This document shows positions 10,506-24,459 of a DNA stretch of 64,000 nucleotides, piece by piece (position 1 is the first letter of the stretch; each line of letters opens with the position of its first letter). The DNA comes from Lingula anatina (Eukaryota > Animalia > Brachiopoda). The DNA is taken from positions 7,192,001-7,256,000 of the forward strand of contig CM120649.1 in NCBI GenBank assembly GCA_051362555.1. The letters run 5' to 3'. The notes below the pieces were generated by a model, which was not told where the DNA came from, did no database searches, and was given only the letters and a program-made list of their open reading frames with translations. The translations under genes were made by a program, and so were the position numbers.

Positions 10506-13500
10506 CTGAAAGATATCAAAATTGAATTGAAAATATCTATCGTAAGTTAATTTTTGGTAATTAAAAATGTCAGGGCATATTTCACGGAGATGGAAAGTGG
10601 AAAATACGTGTGTATTGAAATGGTGGTCTATAATATTGAGAACTGACGTATCTAAAGTGAAATATAAGTATGAGGAATAACAAAATTATTTTGATAGGGC
10701 CTATTTTTTTCATCCGAGTACCTGGATTCGTGGCGTGAAAACGGACAATTGTGAATCCCCCATTTGGAACTGCCACAGTGTCTTTAAGCGCCGCTCCCTG
10801 GAGCTTTCGCTTTATCAAACCTTTCCTGTCCATTCGTTTGACGTCGTCTGTTGTGAAAGGTCTATTGATCTGGAAGAATAAACTTATATGATGTGACAGG
10901 TGGAAATTTTTAAAATTAAAAGGCTCTCATCCTCCCAAACAAGTGAAGTAGATAACCGCCTGCTTTCCATTTCGAACCCAAGCAACAGCTTACATGTAGG
11001 CCTACATATCGAGATATTAGCGCACTGTTCCCAGTGAGCGTGGACTTCATGCTTTTGTTTTCAATTTACCTTTTCAATTAAAGATTTATTGATAATTTTA
11101 TGGGGAGGGAGAGATATAGTCTAAATAAATACCCCTAATTTCTTTTCCTCGATTAAGGAGATGAGTCTCGATCAACAACGCAGTTTGATTTTTCATTTGC
11201 CTGCTCTATTTCACAACAGTACTTCATTTTCCGATTATATTCTCCGTTAACTTGTTTTGTCACCCAAAATTGGGGCCTTGCTTGGCCTCTGCGTTTCTGG
11301 TCCTCAAATCAAGTTCGGTCCCTTGGTTCTAAACTGTTTACAAGAAGCTCTATACTGGACCTACACCTGTAAATGTCCATCATTACGAGTTCAAACGTGT
11401 TCCCTAAACGTGTCCTTGGCTGACTCTATTATGGTCTCCAATATTTGAGGTTTAAAACTTTGAGAGGCTACCAAAAAACGTACGTAAACTGAATGTTAGA
11501 AAGAAATGCATTTCAATTATTTAAAATTGTATTATATTTGCTATAATATATTCTCAGATTTTTTAAAGAACACAAAAGATTTGCTGCGTGACTACCTTTA
11601 GGATGCTTATACTACAATATTTATGGCGTTCTCTGCCTCATGTTTTCAAGACAGTTACATTCGTGGGTGATTGTGTGCATGTGGTGGTGTTGGGGGGGGG
11701 GGGGGGGTGCTCACTCACTGCCATGATTGTGCGCTTTTTATTCCGTTTCAAGTTAGTATAAGCTCTTACTTTCATATGGACGCGTTTATTCCCGTGAATT
11801 TCCTCAATTTCCACTGGACTGGTATGGTCACGCGTTTTGTGCAAGTAGTAGAAATGGATTATATATTTTTTTCGAATCAGCAGATCTAAAATAAACAAAG
11901 TTTATTAATAAACGCGCGATATTTTCGTAATTAAAGCCCATTTGCCTGTTTGACTGCATTTAAACTAAGACGCAACTGACCATAATGTGTGTTTGATTGA
12001 CGGGGCTGGTTTAGAGATGTACGTGCTGCATACCTTGTTGGTATTTATACCTAGGCTTTCACAAGCTGTATATCCCATATCATTCAGATAATGTTCAAGT
12101 GTTGTTTTGCTACATGATGACAACTTAGCATCCCAATTGTATTGCTTTAGGAGCGTACAGTGAAGGGAATATCATGAAAACCCAGTGATCTGACCAAAGA
12201 CATTGTAGAGATCCAGTATAACTACGTAGTATAAGTAGGCCTATGCATACCAGTGCAGTTTACTGTTACACAACGCCGTTCTCCCTTGGGCAAAATTAAA
12301 GGCTAAAATCCCCGCTTCAATTTACCACTTCAAGGGAAAGATTCAGAACAGCGCCCTGGCCTGAATTTTGATCTTACAAACTGACCTCGGAAACCACAAA
12401 ATTTTCTTTCATGCCCGAAATCTGTGATTTTAAATACTCGATCCCCACCATTAAATGTCCCACCGACCCTCACATTGACTGACTCTCTTGTTAAAGAGCA
12501 CAATTCAAATTAATTTAAAAGAGACAAACTTAGCTGTTATTACAGAATCGGGATTCTTTATCATTTTTGCAACTGTAGTGTGAATGGGGTATATTAGATT
12601 TTGTCTCGACTCCAGGGACGTCTCAATTTCTTTTTCGCCCTATATATATATCTTATTAAGTTGAATGGTCTTTATCGCAGCATCTTTATTTAAGTTCATT
12701 AAAAACCACAAATCAAAGGAATTGTGTGTACGCGCCGTAATGTACATGATCTTTGGAAGGTTATTTTAAAATCATAGAATCTGTGAAGAATTTCACATAC
12801 TTAGGAATAACCTTCACAAACACAGGGTCTTTAAAAAAAGCAATTGAAAACCTGAAACAAAATGCAATGAAAGCATCTTTTGCACTGAAAACAGCACTTT
12901 CCTCACACCAAATATCTTCTCCTCTACTATACATGAAACTCTTTGATAAAACCGTCAAGCCAATCTTACTCTATGGTTGTGAAGTTTGGGCAGAGGAACT
13001 ATTTAAAGATAAGAAAATCTCCCTCCAAAAAATTAATAAAATGCCTTTTGAGCAGCTCCATCTAAAAACGTGTAAGTGGGCTCTTGGTGTGCGGAAATAT
13101 GCAAGCAACAATGCAAGTAGGGCAGAACTTGGAAGGCTGCCACTCTACACAGATATTGTAAAACATGTTTTTAAGTACCAAATTCGTTTCAAATAACTTG
13201 CTCCAAATAGAATCGTGAAACAAATCTATGAAAGAGAAATCCATTTAAAAGGGCCTAGCTGGTCAAGCTCTCTAAAAACTTTTATAGACCTCTGGGGACT
13301 GTCAACAGATCTAAACACTGTAGACCCAAATATACTTCAAGCAAATGTTATTAAAAAAATTGAAGAACTTTTTTGGACCGATCTGCACAGTGACAATAAA
13401 AGCAAACTAAGAACTTATAAAGCAATAAAGAAATCCTACACTCCAGAAAATTATCTCACAATGAAAGTCCCTCTAAATGAAATAAAAACACTTGCAAAAT

Positions 13501-16500
13501 TTCGAATCAGCGACCATGACCTAGAAATTGAAAGAGGGCGCTACACAAAACCCAAAAAACCAGTAGAAAACCGAATATGTCCACATTGCAATGATGTTGA
13601 AACAGAAGTGCATTTCCTACTTAAATGTAATGAGCATGTGAATGAGAGAGAAAAAATGATAAAAATGATACCGCCGCAAATGTCATCTGATTTAGAAAAA
13701 CTTGCCTGGCTTCTCAATCCTCAAAGTGAACACTCCCTAAAAACCGTGTGTCACTTCATCCAACAAACATTTAAAAAAAGACTAGCCTGTCAATAATAAT
13801 GAGCAAGTCTACCGCAATACAGAACAATGTAATTGTCATTATGTTATATAGGTATTTTTATCTTATTATTATTACTATTATTATTATTATTGTTATTATT
13901 TATTTATTTATTTTTTATTGTGATAATAGGTCTAGATTGTACTTAATGTATATATATATATACAAGTAGTTTAGAGGGCCTGCAAAATGTACTGAAACAT
14001 TTTAGTGCTCAATAAAAGTATTATTTTAAGTAATCCGATGTTGATAATTTCGAATCCTATACATTATAGTACATATGCGTACTTGGAAAGCATCAAAACA
14101 GATTAAAGGCATTTTCGCGTCGATCATTATACTTTTTTATTTGCATCTCATCTGTAGCGAACATTTGTTTCCAGATTAACGAAGCACCGCGCAATTATGT
14201 AAGAGAACCACGAAAATAGAGCACCCGCACCAGACACGGGCATTTAATTTTGGTTGGTCCGTAAAGGGCTTGTATTCGACCGGAGGCAGAGTTGTGAATC
14301 AATCTACAGTATATTATTTTCCGTTTATATAAAAGTTACGTAAGTCTCGCATAACGCTATCTCAAAATTGGTCCATTTATGACCCTTTAAAACACCGCTA
14401 CAGATGTAGACACTCCAACCCAATTAATTGAGTTCGATGTGAGAAAACTTTCAACAAAAAGTGAAAATGTGAGCCACATATATTTAGATTAATATCGGAA
14501 TAAATATAGTCGAGTAGCCAGAACGCTAACCCTGCAATGTTTTTTCCTGTAAACTTTTTTCGCCGAAATGCATTCCTTAGGTCGAGAGAAGCAAAATTAG
14601 CTTGGTTGCTATTTCCGAGACCTTAAGCATTTTTCAATATGGCCGTCAATTTATGAGAAAAAATAGAAAAACGAGCAGAAGTCGCCCGGTAAATTTTATT
14701 GACAGCTTTTTTGAACGTGTATCCTATCAGGAGAGCACAACAGTACTAGTGAATACACTTAAGCCCGTTACATATAGCAAAAAAGCCAAAATGGCCGTCA
14801 AAACATATGGCAGAAAGTAAAAACAGCTGCAAAATAAGTTCGTTTTTTGTAAAGTAAGTCTTATTAAAAACATTTCCGCCGTTTCTATTTATGTCCATTA
14901 TGATAATTTGTTAGTCATGATCCTAAACACTCAGAAACTGTTTATTTGACATTAATCAGACGGTGCCATCTCCTGAGAGTCCATCTGTCACTCCGACGAG
15001 CCCCATAGTCAAAGCTTGCTATGTTATATCTTGCAAGCTTTTTTAAAAGAAATTGTTTCATCTGGGTTACAAAACTTAGAGAAGCTTATAAGCTTGACTT
15101 TATTTGCCAGTTGATACGTAGGAGATATTAACAATTTTTCAAAATTCAAGATGGCCGTCAATTTGTTATGTGAATAGCGAGAGCCATACATTCAAATAAA
15201 AAAATATAATGCTTCACTCCATTGTTCATCATTGCATATTTATATTTATATCCATGCAAAGTGCGATCATTTATTTCATTTTTGCAAGTTATTTTAATAA
15301 AAATGGCCTCCAAAACATAATGGAAGGGCAAAGAAACAAATGTAAAACTACAAGGCTTTTAACTGAAATAGACTTTAACTGGAACAAATATAAATACATA
15401 TATAAAGTGAAAAACGATATACCTGCGTTCAAGACACAGCACACAATAAAACATGTTTTTAGGTTAAATGATACAAACAAGGAAAACCAATATGTCCGTC
15501 AATGCTGCTCTATGATCAATCCAAACTTTGATTGCGGATATCTCAGTCCTGACAACTAGTTTTCCATTCTTAATAAAAAATTAATGAAAGGTATTATCAT
15601 TCTAGTATGTGTAAACTAAATCATTTTGAAATAAAAAAGGCGTCAAATCGTTTTCTTCAGGTTGGATTATTCTTATCCTTTTCTTGTAAACTTTTTAAAT
15701 ATTTTAACAGCTATGGGTAAAGGTATTTTTGTTGTTTAACAATGTATTTTGTTATAAATAACCGAGATCCAAGCACGGGTATACAAACCCAGAGGTTAGG
15801 GCCCATGAAGTCAGCTATTTTGACAACGTGACATAGTACGGGGATATGCGAGGGTTATCCATCGACATCATGTATTTGAAATGTTGTTTTTGCCAATATA
15901 TACTTACAGATAATGGAAGCTTTGAGATAGTAATGTATGCATTTTTCTACTTGTAGGGTAGATGTAATTATCCATTGTGCATTTATTGATGACTTAGTGC
16001 TTGGGTAGTTAAGATAATGATGAGTTGTCATGTTGCCATGGTTCATTGCTCATGGGTAAGCTTTTTTTTTTTTGCAAAAATGGACCAAATACACATTGAG
16101 CAATACTCAGTGGGCATCTGCACATTTTGAGGATTGGTTTTGGAGGCCTGTAAAGGCCCAAAAAAGGTCACCCATGTTGTTAGTCCAGTGAACGGAATCA
16201 TGCCATGTCTATCATGTGAACAACGTACATCTCTGGGCACTGGGTGTGAGGGGAGTCTGATTTGAGCTATAATGTATGGACTGTTCCCACCCCACAATCA
16301 GGAACCTGGTTGAATGCCATAACATGCCAGGCTCTGTTAGCGATATACCGCAGCCAGGGCGAGAGAGTGTCAACTCCAGACCAGGATCACTACACCAGGT
16401 TGCATCAGCTACGGGAGCAGTTTCGCCATGCCAGTCGTACAGCACAAGAAGCACCCGGCAGGAACAACAACCGGAGCAGCAGCCCCACTGTGCGTCGACG

Positions 16501-19500
16501 CTTGCTGGCGGTCAACCGATGGTGGTCGTTGATGGCAACATACCAGTAACTGCTCGTCACTACATAGATCAGAACCTGCAACCTCACATAACCTCGTTAA
16601 TGCAGGAGAAAACTGATATCACCTTTTCCCAACAGGACATGACCCGTTCACATTCGGGGTAGGGCATCCCAAGGGTGGATGGCCTACCCCGGCCTGTCTA
16701 TTTTCCGGATATGAATCCGATTGAACACTTGTGGTACTACATATATCTTGGCCGTCCGTTGGCCAAGGCAGCAGCTGATCGAGGCACTACATCAAGGCTG
16801 GAATAGGATTCCACACGACACCATCCCATCCACATTTATTGCCCGAGCATGCGCCAACAGATCGCTGCCTGCATCGAAGCAAGCGGAGATCGTACCGGCT
16901 ACTGACCGTTGTGACTTTGTGTTGGGCTGGGGCCATTTTTGTTTTGAAACTATTCATGAAACTTAAGATTTTTGGTTCTGTATACCAATGCCCTAAACAA
17001 ATGATTCATATGAAAATAATCCAGTTTAGAGCTTCAGAATAACAATTATGGCCTCAAAGATTTTAATGGCTGTCAGTATATAACCAAAAGATTTGTAGGA
17101 TGTTTTGCTTATTGACTCTTAAAATGCAAAGTTAAAAAAGTGCACTAATAAGAAAAACCAGAAATGCTGTTATATACTGATGAAATATTCTTACACGTGC
17201 CAACCTCAATAAAAAGAATGGGAAGTTTTAAAGCTAAATTTCATGTACATACTGAAAAAGTTATGATAAAGATATGAAATTAAAATATTAAGGTATGATC
17301 AATATAAAAACAAAAACGAAAAAAAATTATAAGGTTAATATTTTTACAAAAATTAAATTAAATTACACTCACCCCCCCCAACCCCCGTCTCCACCAACGG
17401 ACTTGGTTGGACTCCATGTAAATATAAGAGTCCCGATTGCAGATTAACATTTTGGACTCCCTGTGCCCAAACCCCTGCAGAACCCCCTGTTGGCCCTTGA
17501 CAAACTTTCTGTATTAAAAAGAGAACTTACGTAATGGTCAGTCCTATCAATGATCCTCTTTTATAGAGTCTTAGTATAACTTTACCTTACAAGTACACTT
17601 TGTCAATAAATAACAGGGTTAGATATATTTTATTATACGCCGAGTATAAAACGTAATTTAACTGCTTTTTACCTTTCTTGGGCATGTTTTAGCGGTCATT
17701 TGAAATGCGGAATATCATGCACTTTAAACCCGACTCTTTGCTGTGTTACACAATTATTTATTTACAATATAATGATATTATAATATATTTTTATATTATT
17801 GACGGCCATCTTGAATTTTGAAAATTGATCAATGTTCCATATCCAGCCACTGCCAAGAAAGCCCAAATTAAATTGGCTTTTATACCCCCAAAGTGTTAAA
17901 TTCTTTTAAAAAATTCAGGGAATAACATTCTAAGTATTTGACTATGGGATCCGGAGAAGTAGCAAAAAGACTCTTGGGGGGGTTACTGAACTGTCAGATA
18001 AGCTTATTCCAAGAGTTTCGGGTCATGACTAACAAAATATTATAATTAACATAAATATAAAAAGGGGATATGTTTTTTATATAAAAATAAATATGCAAAA
18101 AACAAACTTATTCTGCCACTTTTATCATTGTCTGCCTTATGTTTTGACGGCCATTTTGGTTTTTTGCTTAGTGGTACGCGATTAAGAGTATTCACTAGTA
18201 CTGTTGTGCTCTCCTGATAGGAAACACGTTCAAAAAAGCTGTCAATAAAGTTTACCCGGCGACTTCTGGTCGTTTTTCTATTTTTCGTCATAAATTGACG
18301 GCCATATTGAAAAATGCTCAAGGTCTCGGGAATAGCAACCAAGCTAATTTTGCTTCTCTCGGCCTGAAGAATGCATTTCAGCAAAAACAGTTTACAGGAA
18401 AGAACATTGCAGGGTTCGACTATTGGGCCTATGGGAGTGGCGACTCGACTAATATATGACACGTTCCATTACTTTCACTGGTTTATGCCATTGTACCCTC
18501 TAACTGGGAAAGCAGTCAGCAGTTTTTAAAAGTAATATGAAACATTAATAAAAACGTTATGCAAAACGTGAGCGGTTGTGATAAGTTAATTTACGCTCTC
18601 ATCTTTCATATGAAAAGAAAAATGATTATTTATAACAAGAGTTCAGGGTGGGAAGAGGAGCATAAGGGCATAGCAACTATTATGTTATGAAATAAGTCAA
18701 GTTGAGCCTTTCTACTGATATACTTTATCGTGTTTCGAGCCTATCTAGCTTAGTCGGTTAAGAAGATATATACCCCCCCCCCCCCCACTCTTATTTCAAC
18801 CTGTAAGATTGGAAAGTCGGTAGTCTGGCTCGGGCAATAAAATCTCACTATCTCCACATCTGGTTTCTATCAAGCGCGTTCAGAGCTTCAGAGCTTAGAA
18901 CAAACATATTGCTCCTCGGGCCAGGAAATCTGGAGAAGGGGAGTAGAGGAACATGTCTTCTCAATATGGAAAGCTATATATTTTTGGTAATTTCCTTTGT
19001 AACATTTACAAACACTAAAAAATATCCTTTCTCGAATTAATATCATGTTCACACATTTCTGTAAATATCCTGAATTAAAATACTAATGTTAAATGTCAGA
19101 GACTTTGATTTATGACGAGAGAGAGAGAGAGAGGTAAAGACAATCTGTAAATGTCCCGAACTAGAGGAGTGTGTTATAAACTGAACACATCTTGGCTACA
19201 ACCCGTAGACAGTTAGCCCGCAGAGTGGTTTAGTTATTATGATCAACATAATTGTTTATATTTTTATTAATATCAAACAATTTTACTGTTTGCAGCTATA
19301 CCTGTTTGGAACATGTACTCTGCGCCATATAATAGCAATGGTGCAAAGTGGTGATATTGTAAAATCCTGCAATAAAATTTTCTTCAAATATCAAATTTTA
19401 TTAGATGGTTGAATACAACATCAGTAATAGAACAGTAATAGAATTCAGCATAATGATACTGAATTGTTGTAAAGACATGAAGGAAGCAGGGTGACCATAT

Positions 19501-22500
19501 ATGCTCGGAATATTGTCAGAGAGGGAAATTTCTCCAGTTTGTTCACTGCCCTGTGAAGCCATATTTTGTGGCCTGAGATGCCGTATCCGTTACTTCGTGA
19601 CCTGACCTGTCAAAAGCACGTCCGCGCACTCTTTTCATCTTTTGATTCTTCCACATTAATCAAGATACGGAGTATCAATTACAAGTGACCCCCCGGGGGG
19701 GGGGGGGGGCATGAAGGGAATAAATAATTATATGTAGTGTCCTTGTGACAGAAGGTTACTCTGCAATTTATATCTTTCAATTTATGCTGTGAAATAATAG
19801 CCAGCTAGTCCGTTGATCTGGCGAATCAACCAAATGACCGTTAGTTGAGTTGCTTAACTGCAAGTAATTAATCCCCTCCCCTCCCCCCGAACGTCAAACT
19901 GGCAGGTTTCCAAATGAAGACTATACCGCAGAAAAAGTTTGGGGCCCAAAAGAGAGTCAGCCAAGTACACGTTTGGGGAACACGTTTGAACACGTCATGA
20001 TGGACATTTACAGGTGTAGGACAAGAACAGAGCCTCTGGTAAACAGTTTAGAACCAAGGGACCGAACTTGATTTGAGGACCAGAAGAGAGGCTTTACAAG
20101 CGTGGACTTCATGCTTTTGTTTTCAATTTACCTTTTCAATTAAAGATTTATTGATAATTTTATGGGGAGGGAGAGATATAGTCTAAATAAATACCCCTAA
20201 TTTCTTTTCCTCGATTAAGGAGATGAGTCTCGATCAACAACGCAGTTTGATTTTTCATTTGCCTGCTCTATTTCACAACAGTACTTCATTTTCCGATTAT
20301 ATTCTCCGTTAACTTGTTTTGTCACCCAAAATTGGGGCCTTGCTTGGCCTCTGCGTTTAGTCAATAGTTCATTTTTTTATAATAGTCAGGGGTCGATTAA
20401 TTCATCATAATTGTCAAATCTGACAGTTCACCATAAGCGCATTTAACAAGCGCTGTAATATACTCATAAGTACGGTAAGTGCCATTAACCCAGACAGCCA
20501 TAGATCCTGGCTATTTGTTCTATCAGCTACACTTCTCGTGCTTGCTTTTTAATATAAAACACCTGTAAATGCTTAACCCTCTTCTGAATGTGTAACTATT
20601 TGCAGCCATGAAGAAACAAATGAGTCGGTGTCGTATCCGTGTCAGACGCAGCCAGACATCCAGTGCAGAAGACACAACAACGTCATGCATTAGACCCCAC
20701 TTCTATACCTAGATCGATCCAGTAGGATCGACCCATCTCCGAGGGGATTCTTGTTAAATTCAGCTTAAGCATCTGAGATGTCAGGCACGCTTCTGAAGCT
20801 GCAAAACGATAGTTAATTTCCCCCCTAACTGCTTCAGTAGCCGTGCCAGACATGAGAGCCGCTTACGCTGAGTGCAATTTAGCGAGAAACCCCTCGGAGA
20901 TGGGTCGATCCTGCTAGCTCGGTCTGGGTATAGGAATGTGGACTTAGGCTCAGGGCAAAATCGTAAAGTACATGTACCCCTGACCAGGACCGCATCGACT
21001 TTCACTCTATATTCACTGATATTTCTATGACTTATTTTAAGAATCTTTGCACAGAATTGACGTCAACACTCAGTTGGCCTTCGGTATAGAGTATAAATAG
21101 TGAACCATCAGACAAGCATATAAATATTGTATCGTAAACGAAATCAAAATCTGTCTCAACGGAGTATTTTGTACAAGTAGCACTTATCTTTACGCCTTGC
21201 ATTTTAATAGCATGTTCATTCACAAAACGTTGAAAGGGACACAATTAGCGTTCTAGACCTTAAATAGCAAAAATTAATCTTTATTTAAATTTACCCCTTG
21301 ATCATTGTAAATCGTTTACAGAATTAAGATCCATAGACCTGGTTTTGACGCGACAAAATAATAATAATAAATCCTCGAAAAATGGTTTAAAGATCGTTAT
21401 TTTCTCAATAGTTTAGGATAGGCACACCTTGATGAAAAAGAGAAAATTATTTAAATCATGAGCAAAATAGATCCAGTTTGCTGAATCAAGGTTTAACGCG
21501 CATTATATGCCCATAAGACAAAAAAAAGGCGATCCAACTCTGCGGGGACTTTCGCTGAGTGCAATCAGCTTAACTGAATGGCACTCCTCTAGTTTCAAAC
21601 GTTCACGTTCAATTACCATCATTTCCGTGTCCTCCTTCACGGCAAGGGGAGACGTTTTAATCGGTAAAACTGACTGCATTCAGCGAGAGTCCCCAACGAG
21701 ACGGATCGATCTACGTAGACCGATGGTGTGCTTTGGGAATGGGGCCTTACTTTGTGCATAGCCATCACCCTGAATGGCTGTCCATGTAGATGCATTGGGT
21801 GGTGAGAGTCCTTGGTACCCATGAGGTCAACCATCACGAGCTCCACCACCTGGCCGTACTCGACCTCCAGCAGGTACGTACATTCACACGCGCCGTGCAT
21901 ACAGTTCGTGTGTGTTGTGTGGTTGCAGAACTGCCCCTGGAATGAAAACGGTTATAATACTGACGGGTGGGGGAAAATAAACAATGGAGTTACGATGTTT
22001 ATTTTCTTATTCCACCTACACCATCCTCCTGATAATTGAATCCCATGAGATTTGGTTCTGTTGGCAGATGGCGTCTTTTTTCAACTTTGTGGGAATATGG
22101 ATTTGGAAAAATCCTCCACTGGGACCGCCGTAATGTGACATGATAGAGCAAAATATTGAGACCAAATATACAATTCGAAGGGCCTACATTGTATCTACCA
22201 ACTGTAATATGGGCCGTGTAACTTAAGTTTGGACGGTCTGACCTATGATGTCAAGTCAATAGAAATGAATATATTTACAAATTCAGTTCCTTGAAAAAAC
22301 GTGAGGGAAGGTGTAGCTTTTTTGTCTATTGGTACTCACCTCTGGTATTTCATTAAACTGGGATAGCAGAGGTTTTGGCGGGAAAGTCATCGTAATTTGG
22401 TTGATTTGTGGACTATGAATGTGATGAGCACTGGAGTCCATTTCGTGGTGACCCATGCCAGAATTACTCATGTTAGAGTGAACCATGTTAGAATGGTCCA

Positions 22501-24412
22501 TGCCAGAATCGTCCATGGCTGAATTACCCATGTTAGAGTGACCCATGTTAGAGTGGTCCATGCCAGAATTGCCCACGCCAGAATTTCCCATGGTAGAATG
22601 GTCCATGCTAGAATGGTCCATGCCAGAATTACCCATGGCAGAATGGTCCATGCTAGAATTACCCATGGTAGAATGGTCCATGCTAGAATGGTCCATGCCA
22701 GAATTACCCATGGCAGAATGGTCCATGCTTGAATGATCCGTGCTAGCATTAGCCATCCTACCTTTCTCCGTGGAAGAGTGCGCCATTGTACCGCCACCTG
22801 CGGTCATCACGTGTCCACTGTGTCGGGAATCCGTCGGTTGTTGGTCACTATGACCACCATTTACAGCCGCCATACCATGATGACCGCTCGGTGTCCTCGT
22901 TCTCATGTTATGGTCATTTTCATTGCCGGACATGTCCTGATCACTGCCCATATGTTGGGCACTGGAGGTTTTGTTTTTATCTTGTGGAATCATAGGAGGA
23001 GACACACTGGTGTTATTTGGTTGGCTTTCTCCATTATTATTTTGCGAGTTATAAGCAGTATGGCCCTCGGCATTCCTCTTTTTTCTCTCTCCTACCACGC
23101 GTGGGTTGGTCATGGTAGTCCCTTGTGCCATTGACTGATTCCCTCCATGAGTAACCGTATCATTGGTTTGCGATGCTTTCATATCACCCATGGCACTCGA
23201 CTGATGTCCACTTTCCATTGACTGACCATTGGTAATTTGGTGTTTACTGTGGTCCATTTGTTGACCATCATTATTCATGTTATGGTTTGACTGATCCATC
23301 TGGTTACCCTCATCCTTATCCGAGTCATGACCGCCATGTTTCATGCTATGCATACTGTTATAGTCCATCACGAGGTAAAATGTGACGTCAGCATCTTTTT
23401 GTGACGTGGCGTCGTCAGGCACGACGCTGTGTAGTTGTGCTACCGAAGATAGCCTCTCTTTGTCATCTTCTACGTTACCATCGGGTGGATTAAGTTGCTA
23501 ATTTGTTGTCAAAAAAGAAATAATTTACGATTTATAGAATAACGGTAATGGCAACCATATTATATTTAATTTTGTGTATGCTTACATTTATAAATTCAAT
23601 ATATATTCTTCTTTATTGATTCCATCTCTGTTTAATTTTGTGACAATAATTATTATATCTAGGTCAACTGCATATCCTAAAGCAGTTAGCTTTGTTCCGT
23701 ATTGACCATCGAAAAGAAATTATTTGAAGGCTATAATTTACCTTTCCCCCTCGCAGCATACTATCATAATCTGTTGGTCCCCTCGGCAGCTCTTCAGGCG
23801 CGCCGTGGTACCTCAACACCGCTAACTGACGCGCCTTCTTCCCTGCGCAGTTCGTCAACCCTGCCGTGCGTATCCAAAAGTTCCCTGCGCTGGCATCTTT
23901 CCCGGCGTGAAGGACAAAATCATAACGTTCCCCAGAGATGATGACCAGTGATTCCACAACGTGGGGGACCACCGGGTAGCCGTCAGTGGCTATAATGGTC
24001 AAGTTATGGCCATCGATGGAAAATTGTATCGGACAGTCTACTATCCCGTTACTGGTCATACGGAAGCGATGTCTTTTGCCGGGTGTGACGTGGAAGTAAG
24101 CGTATGGCGTGAACACGTGTTCGTTTGTGACGTGGTTGTGATAGCCTTTGAATGCTCCCTTACCTGTAAAATAAAAAGATTAATCGTAACTTTCTTAAAT
24201 GTTATTTCTGTGAAAAGCTGATAATCTTTAAATTTCTTGTGAATGGATTTGAATATCGCCAATAATATGAAGTCAAAATAAATATTTTAAATAATAAATA
24301 AATATTTGACATTTGATCATACATCATAAAACCAAGATTAAAGCACTTGTTAAAAAAGGGTGCAAAAACACAATCATATTGTTATTATGTGAATTTACGT
24401 TATACAGATACG

Positions 24413-24459
<47 letters not shown>

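Noticed and set aside
14602-18462. Similar ORFs 14602-14820 (+) and 18046-18462 (-) as paralogous genes
   Set aside because: They are the two TIR arms of one DNA transposon read in opposite directions.
22468-23134. Alternative-frame and antisense ORFs ([24 protein letters not shown] repeats)
   Set aside because: Shadows of the 15-bp coding repeat in MCO exon 6.
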